Below are positions 27,735 through 39,739 of a stretch of DNA of 64,000 nt, one piece after another. Location of the stretch: assembly GCF_009914755.1 (NCBI RefSeq), contig NC_060933.1; one strand, written 5' to 3'. The stretch is from the human T2T-CHM13v2.0 reference genome, Homo sapiens. Made by a program: the position numbers and the translations under genes. Numbering within the stretch: the first letter of the stretch is position 1; each line of letters begins with the position of its first letter. The notes beneath the pieces were generated by a model. That model saw only the letters and a list, made by a program, of their open reading frames with translations, ran no database searches and was not told the origin of the DNA.

Positions 27735-27960
27735 AGGTCAAATGATGGGTTCTAAATATGTGCTAAGTTGTATGGTCAAGTCTCATCTTTTCCGTTTCCC
27801 AGCTCTGTGTCATTGGGTGAGTAACTAAACACTAACTTTTGATTATAAAATAAGGTTGAAATTATTTCATAAATTGATTGTTGTGAAGTATGTAAACATG
27901 TACATGGCACAGTTCCAAGAACAAGGTATGTGCTCAACAAATGGAAGCTATCATCATTCA
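27735..27960 (+). mobile_element. MIR
   Basis: CAGCTCTGTGTCATTGGG...GCTCAACAAATGGAAGCTATCAT. Confidence 0.6.
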
Positions 27961-28624
27961 TTCATTCAACATGTAACCAACACTTACCATCTTGAATCTA
28001 AGTCAAGAGCGATGGAACGATTTTTTGTTGTTGTTAGTGTTTAAAGATTTTGGTGCTATTAAAAATCTTGGTGCTATGTTTTGTTGTAATAAATAGAACA
28101 AAAATAGGTATATGGGAGAAGTTTGAGAGACATTTTGCTCTAAGGAATGTGAAAAGCAGCCAGAGAAACTCATGCTAATGCTAATATGGTTCAGAATGAT
28201 TCCAGCTTTAGGGTGGGAAGGAGGGCTGGTTAAGATGGAATAATGAATCAAATGGTGGTTATGCTGTTGCTAGGACTTCTGAGCTTACAGCAAGATACCA
28301 GAGGGTCTTGCTGGCTCTATCCCAATGTGCGTCACCCATTTCTTTTCAACCCCCACCAAATGACCGAGGCAAAAATGCCTTCAAGGGCAGGAATCTGAGT
28401 TCCCATTGGCTCTACTTTTCCAAGATCCACTTCTAGACTTATTCTTTGTGGCTACATAGAAATACATGAATTAAGTTCTGAGGTTCTAAGTGGTTGCAGA
28501 ACTAGCTGGGATTGCCCACAGTCATTCATCAGTGAAGATGCATCATGGCTATTTACAATTATTTTTCCTTCTGGAAAGCTAACCCAGGGAAGGGAAAGGA
28601 CAGCACAGCCCCAGAGCCTACACA

Positions 28625-28790
28625 AGCTGCTTTCCACATGTATTTTGTAGTTTTAATCCTCACAACAAGCCTAAGAGTTGAGCCGTTTGTCTACCTGTGG
28701 CAGACAAGGGTTAGAAGCTTAATAATTTTCTATGGGTCACACAACCTATATGAAGGGGAGACAGGACCTGTGCACAGATCTGTTTAATTC
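28625..28790 (-). mobile_element. MIR fragment
   Basis: TTAATCCTCACAACAAGCCTAAGAG...GGTCACAC. Confidence 0.55.
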
Positions 28791-28954
28791 CTAACGTAAT
28801 GCTTTTATTCTCTCCTAAAAAGGGCAGCTCTGCTAATTACAGGCTCTGAATTTTTTTTAGGACATCGACTTTCTTTTAAAGAAGCAATGTCTAAAAATAA
28901 AGCAGGTTAACCTGTGTGCTTGCATATGAGAATGAGGAGAGAGAAAGAGAGAGA

Positions 28955-28997
28955 GTGCGTGTGTGTACGCGTGCGCGCGTGCGCACGTGTGCGCGCA
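28955..28997. repeat. 43-bp perfectly alternating purine-pyrimidine (GT/GC) tract with Z-DNA potential
   Basis: GTGCGTGTGTGTACGCGTGCGCGCGTGCGCACGTGTGCGCGCA, 10 CpGs. Confidence 0.9.
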
Positions 28998-30455
28998 GAA
29001 GCATGCATGAGAAAAAGAAAGAGAGATAGGGAGGTATTTCTTCTTTCATATACAAAGCAGCAGCCCCTCCTCTGTCTTTTTCATTCCAGTGTAATCTATG
29101 CACATGCAAAATAATTACTTCTTCCTGTAGGAAGTGTCAGTCCTCCAAGCAAAGAAGAAAAGGCTACAGCATATGTTACCGACACATGTTTTTGCTAGTC
29201 TTGTCTCTGTTCCGCCTGCTGTGGCAATCAGCTTTTGCAAATACTGTCACTTACCAAATACAAAAAGCATGTGCATGCCCAGCCAATGGCCTGGGATAAA
29301 CACAGCCAGGCTTTCTGACTTGGAACATCCACCCAGGACAGGGGTTTTGTTTCCAAAGAACAAAACCAGCCTTGTATCATCAAAATCAGTGGTGGGGAGG
29401 GAGAGAGGGCAGTTACGATAGAGGAAAGACATGGACCCAACCCAACAAACTGCTTCAGGGTCTGCCTCATACATATGAAGGAAAATTGATAGTATTTGAT
29501 AGGAGGTCTGCTCAATTCAGCCAAAGGAAAGATGGGCAGGGCTCAAAAACACTGCTGGAGAAGTTGGTATCTGGCCAAATGGCTAAGTAGCCAGTCGGGG
29601 GTCTAAGAAGCACATGCACAGAAGGGCTTTGAGCTCTGCCTCTTGGCAGGATGCCCACCCATCAAGTTCTTCCAGAGTGGGGAGTTGGCAATGCGCACTC
29701 CTAATCCCAGAAGCACTTGACAGGTAGGCTTGCTGCCGAGAGCCCCCCTTTCTGTCCCCTCAGGTGCCAGACTCTGCACTGTGGCCGCAGCAGCTACAAG
29801 CGCTACCATGAGACAAAGGAGAAGAGTCTGGCACCTGTGGTGGGGAGCCTGTCATCTTGTGGTGGGACATTTGCCTGGTACTTCCTGGCCTGGCAAATGT
29901 GCCACTGAGGGGAGCACTGTCCCTGGTGGGCAGACTGTGGCAGGAATTGGCTGGGGTCAAGAGGGCACAGCTCTGGAGATCTCCAACCTGCCATGAGTCC
30001 AGCACTTTCCAGAAGGCAGCCTCTAAGTATATTTAAATAATAAGCAGGAAGAAATGGTGGACATTTGTGGTGTCTAGGGAAAGGAAAAGAACAACTTCAC
30101 TTAAAGATACAGTCACAAGAGAGAAATCTGAACTGAGTGTACACCCCTGAGGAACTCTGGAATATCTGAGAAAGCATCAAGGATTTCATTTGCATAAGGA
30201 CATCTGAGCCTTCTGGAAGAAATGTTATAGAGGACTTTTAGAGCTGACAGCTTGATTCTGCAATCCTAGATCTAAGATTTCTGAAGTAAGAATGAAAACC
30301 AAAGTTATCTAACCCTAGGGGACTGAGTCATGGGAGAAAGCACCCACCAAGGTAGGGGTGAGAGGACATGGCCTTCCTTCTGGGTCCTAGGCCTTATTGC
30401 TAAGGGACATGTTCATTTATCCTTCCAATATTCTCCTTTTCAGTAGCAGAGAATG

Positions 30456-32136
30456 CAGGCATACCTCCTTTTATTGTGCTTTGCTTTATTGCACTTTGCA
30501 GGTAGTGTGTTTTTTACAAATTGAAGGTTTGTGGCAACAATATCTATGTGCCATTTTTCCAACAGCATGTGCTCACTTCATGTCTCTGTGTCATGTTTTG
30601 ATAATGCTTGCAATATTTCAAACTTTTTCATTATTATTTTATCTGTTGTGGTGGTCTGTGACCAGTAATCTTTGATGTCACTATTTTAATTGCTTTGAGG
30701 CACCACAAGCCATGCCCATGTAAGATGGAAAACTTAATTGATAAATGTTATGTGTATTTTAATGGCTCCAATGACTGGCTTTTCCCCATTTCTCTCCTTC
30801 TCCTTGGGTCTCCCTATTTCCTAGACACGATATGGAAATTGGACCAATTAATAACCCTACAATGGCCTGTAGGTGTTCAGGTGAAAGAAAGAGTCACACA
30901 CCTTTCACTTTAATTCAAAAGCCACAAATGATTAAGCTTAGTGAGGAAGGCATGTCGAAAGCTGAGACACGCCAAAAGCTAGGGCTCTTGCACCAGTTAG
31001 CAAAGGTATAAATGTAAAGGAAATGTTCTTGAAGGAAATTAAAAGTGCTACTCCAGTGAGCAAAAGAACGAAAAGAAAGTGAAACAAACTTATTACCTAT
31101 ATGGAGATATACAGAGTGATGAATGTTGTTTTCTTGCCTGCTAACACAACACCCATTCTGCAGCCCATGTGTCAAGCAGTAATTTTGACTTTCAAGTCTC
31201 ATTATTTAGAAAGTACATTTTGTAAGGTGATAGCTGCCATAGATAGTGATTCTCTCTGATGGATCTGGACAAAGTATATTGAAAAGCTTCTGGAAAGGAT
31301 TCACTATTCTGGATGCCATTAAGGGCATTTGTGATTCATACCAGGAGATCAAAACATCAACATTAATGGGAGTTTGGAAGAAGCTGATTCCAGCCCTCAT
31401 AGATGACCTTGAGAGGTTTAAGACTTCAGTGAGAAAGTCACTGCAGATGTGGTGGGAATAGTAAGAGAACTTGAATTAGAAGTGAAACCTGAAGATGGCA
31501 CCGAATGGCCACAATCTCATGACAAAACTTGAACAGATAAGGAATTGCTTCTTATGGAGGAGGAAAGAAAGTAGTTTATTGAGATGCAATATGCTTCTGA
31601 TGAAGTTGCTGTGTTGAAATGATGAAGAGGATTTAGAATAAACTTAGTTGATAAAGCAGTGGCAGGGTTTTGAGAGGACTGACCGATTTTGAAAGAATTT
31701 CTACTGTGGGTAAAATGCTATCAAACAGTATCACATGCTACAGAAAAAAATCTTTCATAAAAGGAAAAATCAATCAATGCAGCAAATTTCATTGTTGTCT
31801 CATTTTAAGAAATTGCCAGAGCCATCCCAACCATCAGCAACCACTACCCTGGTCAGCAGCCATCAACGTCAAGACAAGACCCTCTACCAGCAAAAGATTA
31901 TAACTCACTGAAGGCTTAGATGATCACTAGCACTTTTTTTTTTAGCAGTAAAGTATTTTTTATTGTGTATATTTTGAAACACAATGCAAACTTTTTATAC
32001 ATAATGGTATTCCACACTTAATAGACTATAGTGTAAACGTAACTTTTACATGCACGACGAAACCAAAAAATGTTGGTGACTTGCTTTATTGTGATGGTCT
32101 GGAACCTGAACCTGAAATATCTCTGAGGTATTCCTG
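30456..32136 (+). mobile_element. Tigger1 (TcMar) DNA transposon, internally deleted
   Basis: TIRs CAGGCATACCTC / GAGGTATTCCTG. Length ~1.7 kb against ~2.4 kb for a full element. Confidence 0.93.
31246..31461 (+). pseudogene. Tigger1 transposase remnant
   Basis: [38 protein letters not shown] matches the recalled Tigger1 transposase; surrounded by stops and frameshifts. Confidence 0.85.
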
Positions 32137-32774
32137 TATATGCTAAGCCTTAAAGCCTAAAGGTCTGCAATCACAAAAGACAGAACCTACCATTTCTGCT
32201 CTGAAAAGAGCAGTATTTGTGAGCACAGGATCCCCGAACCACCATGAACGCATGGGGAGGGCAGGGAGGATGTTTAGTTTCACTTAACATTGGGAGGCAG
32301 GGTTGTGCTCATGGCTGTGGAGTTACCGCTCATTCCATTCCTTTTGCTGGGTCAAGGAAACCAGGATATCTAGGTGGAAGATTCTGGGCTTGGGTCCTCA
32401 CTGGGTCCTTGGGACAACGCATATTTTATCTCATCTAATCAATTGGGGATAAAAATTATACAATGACCCAGATCATAAAAGAAAACTGATGTGGAGCTAT
32501 AAAGCTCCAAAGAAATGCAAATTGTTATTTTCTGCTACAGTGTTAGAATTCTGATTATCCTATTTTTTTGTTTGTTTCTTTGTATATAGGCCCTAATGCT
32601 ACCATGCACACAGTATCACTAAGTCATTAAGCTTCCATAATACTCAGTGAAGCAAAAATTACCCCCAACCACTCATACTTGGTTGTTTTTAGAGTGACTC
32701 AGCACAGGGTGAGCACATGACTTACACAGGTTACATCTTCAAGTGTTAAGATTTATCTGGTATGTGGCTGTCAA

Positions 32775-33215
32775 CAATACTGGGGACCATTTGAGAGCAG
32801 GAACCATCTTTTCTCTTGCTGCCTGACTAGCTTCTAGCACAGTGTCTGGTATAAAGTTAGTGCTCAGTATATTTTTGTTGTATTAAATAAAATGTATCAA
32901 TTTAGGTGCTTTAAACATTTCTATACATGGATCGTATAGATATACTATGCATTTGGCAAAAATTTATTGAGAACTTACTATATGCTAGACCCTGTGCCAG
33001 GCACTGTGTATACGATGTAAAAAGGATGCTTGCAGCCTAGTGGGGAAGACAGACCTCACCAAATGATCGCATTAATAAACACAGAATTGCAAAAGAAGCA
33101 CAGATTTCTCAGAGAGCGTGTACAAAGCAGCTGATCTACTAGGTGGGGAGTCTCCCTAAGGAAATGATACTTCAGCTAAGACTTGAAAGAAGAGTGAGAA
33201 TTAATATGGTTAAGT
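32775..33215. mobile_element. Two L2 3' fragments in opposite orientation
   Basis: CTAGCACAGTGTCTGG...GCTCAGTATATTTTTGTTG (+) and TTTATTGAGAACTTACTATATGC...CTAGTGGGGAAGACAGAC (-). Confidence 0.6.
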
Positions 33216-33236
33216 AGAACACAAAAAAGGAACACC

Positions 33237-33547
33237 TTATTATTATTATTATTATCATTATTTTTCAAGACAGAGTCTCGCACTGTCGCCCGGGCTGGAG
33301 TGCGGTGGCACAATCTTGGCTTACTGCAATCTCTGCCTCCCAGGTTCAAGCGACTCTCCTGCCTCAGCCTCCTGAGTAGCTAGGATTACAGGCGCCCGCT
33401 ACCACGCCAGGCTAATTTTTTGTGTTTTTAGTAGAGGCGGGGTTTCACTATGTTGGCCAGGCTGCTCTTGAATTCCTGACCTCGTGATCTGCCTGCCTCG
33501 GCCTCCCAAAGAGCTGGAATTACAGGGGTGAGCCACTGCACTGGGCC
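33237..33547 (-). mobile_element. AluS with a (TAA)n tail
   Basis: Full-length antisense Alu. Confidence 0.93.
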
Positions 33548-33554
33548 ACATGTT

Positions 33555-33750
33555 ATTAATACTATGTGCCACACACTGTTCTGCTGGCCGTCCATGCATG
33601 CTTATATCATTCTCACAATGATCCTGTTTGGAACTACTATGAGTGTGCCTAATCATACGGTGAGAAAATCAAGGTGTGAGCGGTCAAGTGTCTTGCCCAA
33701 GAGCCAGTGAGTGATGGGTTTGAACCTGGTAGGCTGGTTCTAGAGCCACA
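33555..33750 (-). mobile_element. MIR
   Basis: TACTATGTGCCA...AAGTGTCTTGCCCAAG...GGTTTGAACCTGG. Confidence 0.7.
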
Positions 33751-35019
33751 CTCCCCACATATGGAGAGAACAACTAGTGCAAAGGACCTGTGCCTTAGCA
33801 GGCAACAAAGAACAGGTCTACTCACCCCCAGGCTGGCCAGGCTCCTAGCTGCTCTCATATCAAAAGTCCCAACACTGACAGCTCTCCTTTCAGAAGAAGA
33901 ATTCTGGTGAGTGTGGTGTCCTCATCTTGTTTCATCTGTAAGTTATCTTTCATGGTGCTAACACACACATGCTTGTGGAAGCCAAGGCACTGAGGCTGAA
34001 TGGCCCAAAATAAAGACAAGTGCCCACTGTGTGGGGTGGCCAGCAAATATCTCAACACAGAGGCTTGTCAGCATCCATCTTCATACTGTCTAATTGCTTC
34101 TGAAGTAAGTAAGGAAAGAAAAAGAAAGGGACAGGCAGACAGGCAGACCCAGAAGGTTTCTCTGTTGCATCTGGTGACTGTAACTCACAGAGTAAGGAAG
34201 CACTTAGGCAGACAATGCCCAACCTTCCTCCAGATTGGCAATGCCAAGGGCTTTTTTATGGGCCCTTAAAATTGGTTATCAAAGGAAATGCAAATTGAGT
34301 TCATCTTTGTCTTGAAGCCATATGTCCTCTGGGATAAAAACAACATTTTTTTCTGTTAAGAATGCTATCCAGGATTTACTTGGTTACTACAGCTTGAGTG
34401 TGCACAATGTGTTCGGGGGGCAGTAAAAGGAGAAAGTGAACACTCAGAGTTACAAGTGAACCTCTATAGTCTTCAGAATGAGAGAAAAACAGTTTGCAAC
34501 CTAAGAAGCAGAGATGGAAAGGAAACCTACTCTGTGGTGGGACACTGCCCACTTTTTCACAGTGGCCCTTACTCATCTTCCTTTATCCCCAGAGAATCTC
34601 ATTAGCTATTTGATATTACTTATTGCCTTTCAATTTTTTAAGCAAAGTTTTTCTCTCCTCTTAAAACAGTTTTCTTCCTAGTGATCCTCCAGGTACTGCT
34701 TCTTTCTATCTACTTACTAATAAGACCCAGGATTCTTTTTTTTCCCTTTTCTAAATTCTTCTTTCTAGTGTCCAGATGGAACAACCAGGAAGACCACTTA
34801 GGGATCCCTTATTTTTACGGGACTACTATTCCTTTCCCTAATTATATAACTATCTAGCTCTTTGCACTAGAGTTTGGGAAGGAGCCGGGTTCAGCAATAG
34901 CCTATCAGCACCAGAGACTCAGAACAGCATCTGTCCAGCCTGAGGTTACAACAGGTTAGTTACAACAGGTGATGTTGACATGAAGGCCCAAGGGAACGGG
35001 CAACAGGACCTAGCATTTG

Positions 35020-35246
35020 AGAACACCAGCTTTGGAGTCAAGTTGCCTGGACCTAAATTCTAGTTCTGCCACTTTCTAGCTATGCAGACTGTTTGCTCAA
35101 TCTTTCTAAACTTCAGTTACTAATAATAAAAAAGGGAGGGTTATAGGGTCTACTGCATAACATTCAATAAGATAATACTTATAAACCATTTAACACCATA
35201 CCTGACAAAGGTCAGAGTCAGGTTAAATGTCAGCTATTTTCATTAT
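35020..35246 (+). mobile_element. MIR
   Basis: CTTTGGAGTCAAGTTGCCTGG...TCTGCCACTTTCTAGCTATG. Confidence 0.75.
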
Positions 35247-35269
35247 TAAGATAAGGGGATGAAAAGCAG

Positions 35270-35672
35270 TATCTTAGTCAGTTTGGGGTGCTATAACAAA
35301 ATACCAAAGACTGGGTGGCTTCTGTACAAAAGAAATTTATTTCTTATGTTTCTGAAGGCTGGAAAGTCCAAGATCTGCAATGGAAGATGGCCCTCCATGA
35401 GGAAGTGGGCCCTCACCAGACACTGAATCTTCACTGTGTCTGGTGACAGCCCACTACCTCATGGAGGGCCGCCTTCTCATTGTAAATGTACATAGAGGAA
35501 ATGGGGAGCTAGCCCTCTGGGGTCTCTTCAATAAAGAAACTAATCCCAACCACGAGGGCCCTTCCCTCATGACCTGATCACTTCTCCAAAGCCCCACCTC
35601 CTAATACCATCACCTTGGGGGTTAGGATTTTAACATGAGTTTTGGGGAGACACAAACATTCAGACCATAGCA
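35270..35672 (-). mobile_element. MLT1A-type (ERVL-MaLR) LTR containing an inverted duplication
   Basis: TCTTAGTCAGTTTGGGGTGCTATAACAAAATACC...CACAAACATTCAGACCATAGCA. Confidence 0.88.
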
Positions 35673-36694
35673 GGATGAAGGTTAAAGCAGGTAGGTTTGT
35701 TTGTAATAGATAAATAACAGTTAGTAGTAGATAGATAATAGTAGTCGTAGGCAGATAAAGTAGATAGGTTAGTAGTTAGGTTGAAGTTAATATGGGAAGC
35801 CAATAGAAGCATGGTCAGGATCACATGGCATATACACATATCCTATCCTATCTTGATTCTTTACAGCAGGGAAAACCCAGGATTGGGATGCAAGACACCA
35901 GATTGTTAATAACAGCTACCACTTATTGAGCATTACTACATGCCAGGAACAATGCTAAGTGTTTTAAACAACTTGTTTAAATACAGTCCCCTTAGTACTA
36001 TGAGTGTCACTGTTACATCTCTGTAATGCTTAGCACACTGCCTAGCACATAGTAGGTATTTAGTAAATAGTTGTTGACATTAAAACATTTTGTAGCACTC
36101 CTAGTTTATCTCTTTTCAATATACATAATTTGCTTGATAAGTCAAATGAGAAGGCAATATTATTGGCATTTGACCTTTAGCCACCTGAAGCACAGTAGAA
36201 CATATGTATGTGATCAAATCTATTACTAGGATATTTCTACATTGGCGAAAACACTTTTCTACATTGGTCTAGACTGAAAGAAATCAGCCCAAGCCAATGA
36301 TGTGTCAAATGGGATATTATTTAGAAAAACTGCTTCATGTTTTACAGGCTCACAAAGCTAGTCTGAAAAATATTCTTCTTGGCAAATGTATAACAAAGTA
36401 ATTAAAGGAGTCAACATTCAAAACAGGGAAGTGAAAATCTGAAACCGGCACTGAGACAAATAAAATAAAAGTATACCTTCAGCTGGGTGGGGAAATACCG
36501 ATTCATTCAGCAGTCCTAAGAGGGAAAAATGGAATTCCATCAAGTAATTCCTTTTAGTACATTAAAAAAAAAAATCTCAATATTTCCAGTGTGAAAAGAT
36601 TTTATAAGTAGCAAAACCAAAGTTTAAAAATCTTCCCAGAAAAATTTAGATCCAGGCCTTTCCCCACCCCCATCCTATTTTTAACTATTAGTAT

Positions 36695-36856
36695 TTTTTT
36701 TCTTCTTTCCGCTTTTTTTCCTTTTTATTTATTTATGTATTTTTTATTTATTTTTATTTTTTATTATTATTAAGTTTTAGGATACATGTGCACAACGTGC
36801 AGGTTTGTTACATATGTATACATGTGCCATGTTGGTGTGCTGCACCCATCAACTCG
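36695..36856 (-). mobile_element. Very short L1PA 3' terminus with a degenerate T-rich tail
   Basis: TACATGTGCACAACGTGCAGGTTTGTTACATATGTATACATGTGCCATGTTGGTGTGCTGCACCCAT. Confidence 0.88.
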
Positions 36857-37539
36857 TTTTATCAGCAATCCAAAGTGTTGGGTGACTTTAGAGGACAAGT
36901 ATCATTAAAGAGCAACTATATATGGAAAGGGCTTGCCTTGGCTTATCTAGCAACAGACAAGATATTAAGATGGGCAGCAAACTCTATTTTCTCTCAGAGA
37001 ATGAGGAAGTAGCCCAAACAGGAAGGGGATTCTTTTCTATTTTGTAATGGTTATTGTACCAGAACCATCACATCGATCCATCAATGACTCTATGTTTGAA
37101 CACCTATGAAAATGTCCATATAATTCATAGTGTAACACTCCACTGAGTGAGCGCATTAAGTTATTGCGTGACTCCAATGAACTTTTTTTTTCTTGGAGTA
37201 TCTAGCTAGCTAAACTAAATAGTTTACTAAATAGTATACTAAACTAAATAGTTTAGTTACCATTTTTGGATGTGGATAGGAAGCCACAGTCACTATAGTA
37301 GGTGACACCCTACTTTAATTCACCTCTAAATACGAACACTGACACACTCACACACAACTAATCACTCACATTGTTTCAGTCATGGTCAAACTAGAAAAAG
37401 CTACACTAAGTATTTACAAAAGAAAACATTTAATCCAGGTGACTGGTAACAAAGATGACAAATATGTTAAGTATTAAGATAAAATAAAAATTTTATCTTA
37501 AGTATGATAAAATATTTAAGAAATCACATAGAGGGGACA

Positions 37540-37900
37540 TAGAGGAAACCAAAAGGTTTAGCAACATCAGGAAGCTGTTGTCACCCATAAACTACAGGGA
37601 TTAAGGTAGTTTTGGCAGCAATCACTGGGTAGAAGCTAGAAACGCACTGCATCTGTTACAGAGGAAGTTAGCACAATGGAACAGACATGGCCACTCAGGA
37701 AGATGGGCCCAGATACGAAGAAAAAAGGGGAAAACAACCCACTTCTTCCTCCCCTCTGCCCATAATCTTGCTGGTGTGCCACATTGGTTAAACCTAGCAA
37801 GATACTAGGACACAGGGAAATACAGCTTTCAGGTGTTAGTCACCCTATGGACTGGAGCAGAGCAGGAAAATGGTATGAAATATATCTGTTATCAACAAGC
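37540..37900 (-). mobile_element. Ancient ERVL/MaLR-like LTR fragment
   Basis: TAGCAACATCAGGAAGCTGTTGTCACCC and CATTGGTTAAACCTAGC motifs; subfamily uncertain. Confidence 0.4.
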
Positions 37901-38021
37901 CAAGAACTGCTCCCCACCGCCCCACCAAACATACACACACAGAGATAACTTGGTTTCAACATCAGAATTGTCACTCTCTGAATTTGAAGCTAATTGAATC
38001 AGTGTAAAATAAATGAAACCA

Positions 38022-38247
38022 ACCAGCCTGGCCAACATGGTGAAACCCCGTCTCTACAAAAAAAAAAAAAAAAAAAAAAAAATTTAGCCGGTCATGGTGG
38101 TGCATGCTTGTAATCCTAGCTACCTGGGAGGCTGAAGCATGAGAATCGCTTGAACCTGGGAGGTGGAGGTTGCAGTGAGCCTAGATCGCACCACTGCACT
38201 CTAGCCTGGATGACAGAGGAAGACTGTGCCTCAAATAAATAAATAAA
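38022..38247 (+). mobile_element. 5'-truncated AluS with an expanded central A-tract
   Basis: Starts at ACCAGCCTGGCCAACATGG; central run of ~25 A; degenerate TSD. Confidence 0.9.
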
Positions 38248-38369
38248 GCCATCCATTAGCAAGACAATTTAACTTTCCAAGTCTACTTGACTCTAAGAAT
38301 CTATGATGTCTTTCAATATGGTGGAGGTTAGAAAAGACAGAGGAATAGAGACCTCATGCTTATTATATG

Positions 38370-38570
38370 TGAGAATCAGTGTTTAATGCTTTTTGAACAT
38401 CATATGACTTTATCCTCACATCAACTCCATAAGTTTATTACAGGGTTCAAGGTTATAAAGATGTATCAACTCTATTTGATAGGTGAAGAAACTCAATGAC
38501 GTGAATACATTACCCAGCATAGTACAATAAGCAAATATTGGAGTCTGGTTTTACATAATGTTGGGCCTGA
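38370..38570 (-). mobile_element. MIR
   Basis: TTATCCTCACATCAACTCCATAAG...ATAGGTGAAGAAACT. Confidence 0.55.
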
Positions 38571-38699
38571 CTTAAAATTTTCACTAACAACACACAATCA
38601 GTGATGCAACTAATATAAAGCTGTAGCCTAATCAATTGGTTTGTGTTTTACTGCCTGTTGTAATGATGTCACGATTGGAAAAAGGCAGAGAACAACCTG

Positions 38700-39425
38700 A
38701 ACTAAAAAATAATTAAAGGGTGTATGACTTCCAAATTAACAGAAGAAAACTAGAAAAAAAGTTAAATAATCAAAATAAGGGAATAAAAGAAAAAATACGT
38801 AAAAGAGGAAACATTAGAAGGTACATAGTGAGATGGTAGATCTAAGCCCAAATATATCACTAATTATATTAAGTGAACTAAACGTACCAGCTAAAAGACA
38901 AAGATTGTCAGACTAGATAAAAACACAAGATTCAACAATATTTTGTTAACAAGTAACACAATGAAAACAGGGTATCATTTAAATATAAAAGAGTAGGAAA
39001 AGATATACCATGCTAACGCTAATCAAAATAATAACAATATTAATATCAAGCAAAACGTTTACTGAAAACAAAGAGGGTCACTTCATAATTATAATGCTTT
39101 AAATCATATTAAATATTTATTCAGACTAACTTTTGGTAGACCTAACATAAAATCTTTAGAATATATAAAGGAAAATTGACAGAAGTACAAGAAGAAACAG
39201 ATAATAATCATGAAACTGGGACATTTTATATATCTCAGTATTTGATAGAACAGACAAAAATATCAGCATGGATAGATAAGATGTCAACAACATGATTAGC
39301 AAACTTCATATCATGGACATACAGAGAACAGTACTGCCAAGAACTGCAATATGAGTATATTCTAGTCAAGCATACATTGAAATTTACTAAAAATTACCAC
39401 ATAGTGAGCCATAAATTAAGACAAA
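38700..39425 (+). mobile_element. Ancient L1M/L1ME fragment (start of ORF2, endonuclease region)
   Basis: CCCAAATATATCACTAATTATATTAA...AAAAGACAAAGATTGTCAGACT motifs. Confidence 0.75.
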
Positions 39426-39739
39426 GGCATTCTCTATCTTTGTTACTGTGTTTCTGTGAGGTTTTTTCTTTCTCTTTTTTTTTTTTTTTTTTTTTTGGTG
39501 CTTGCTCCCAGCCCAACCTTCCATTTGCCTGTCTTGGTCTGTGTATATCATTTCAAAGATTTTCTGAAATGTATGGTGCTCCTTGGTGAGCTGTTAATTT
39601 TTAGGACTCGAACACTAGAGAGCTGGTTTCAAGCTCCAAGTATAGGAGGCAGGGCTTTCATTGTTTACAAGGACCCCTAATGTCACTGTCAATGGTCTTT
39701 TCTCTGGGCTGGTTTAGTCTTACTGAGAAGAATCCTTTA

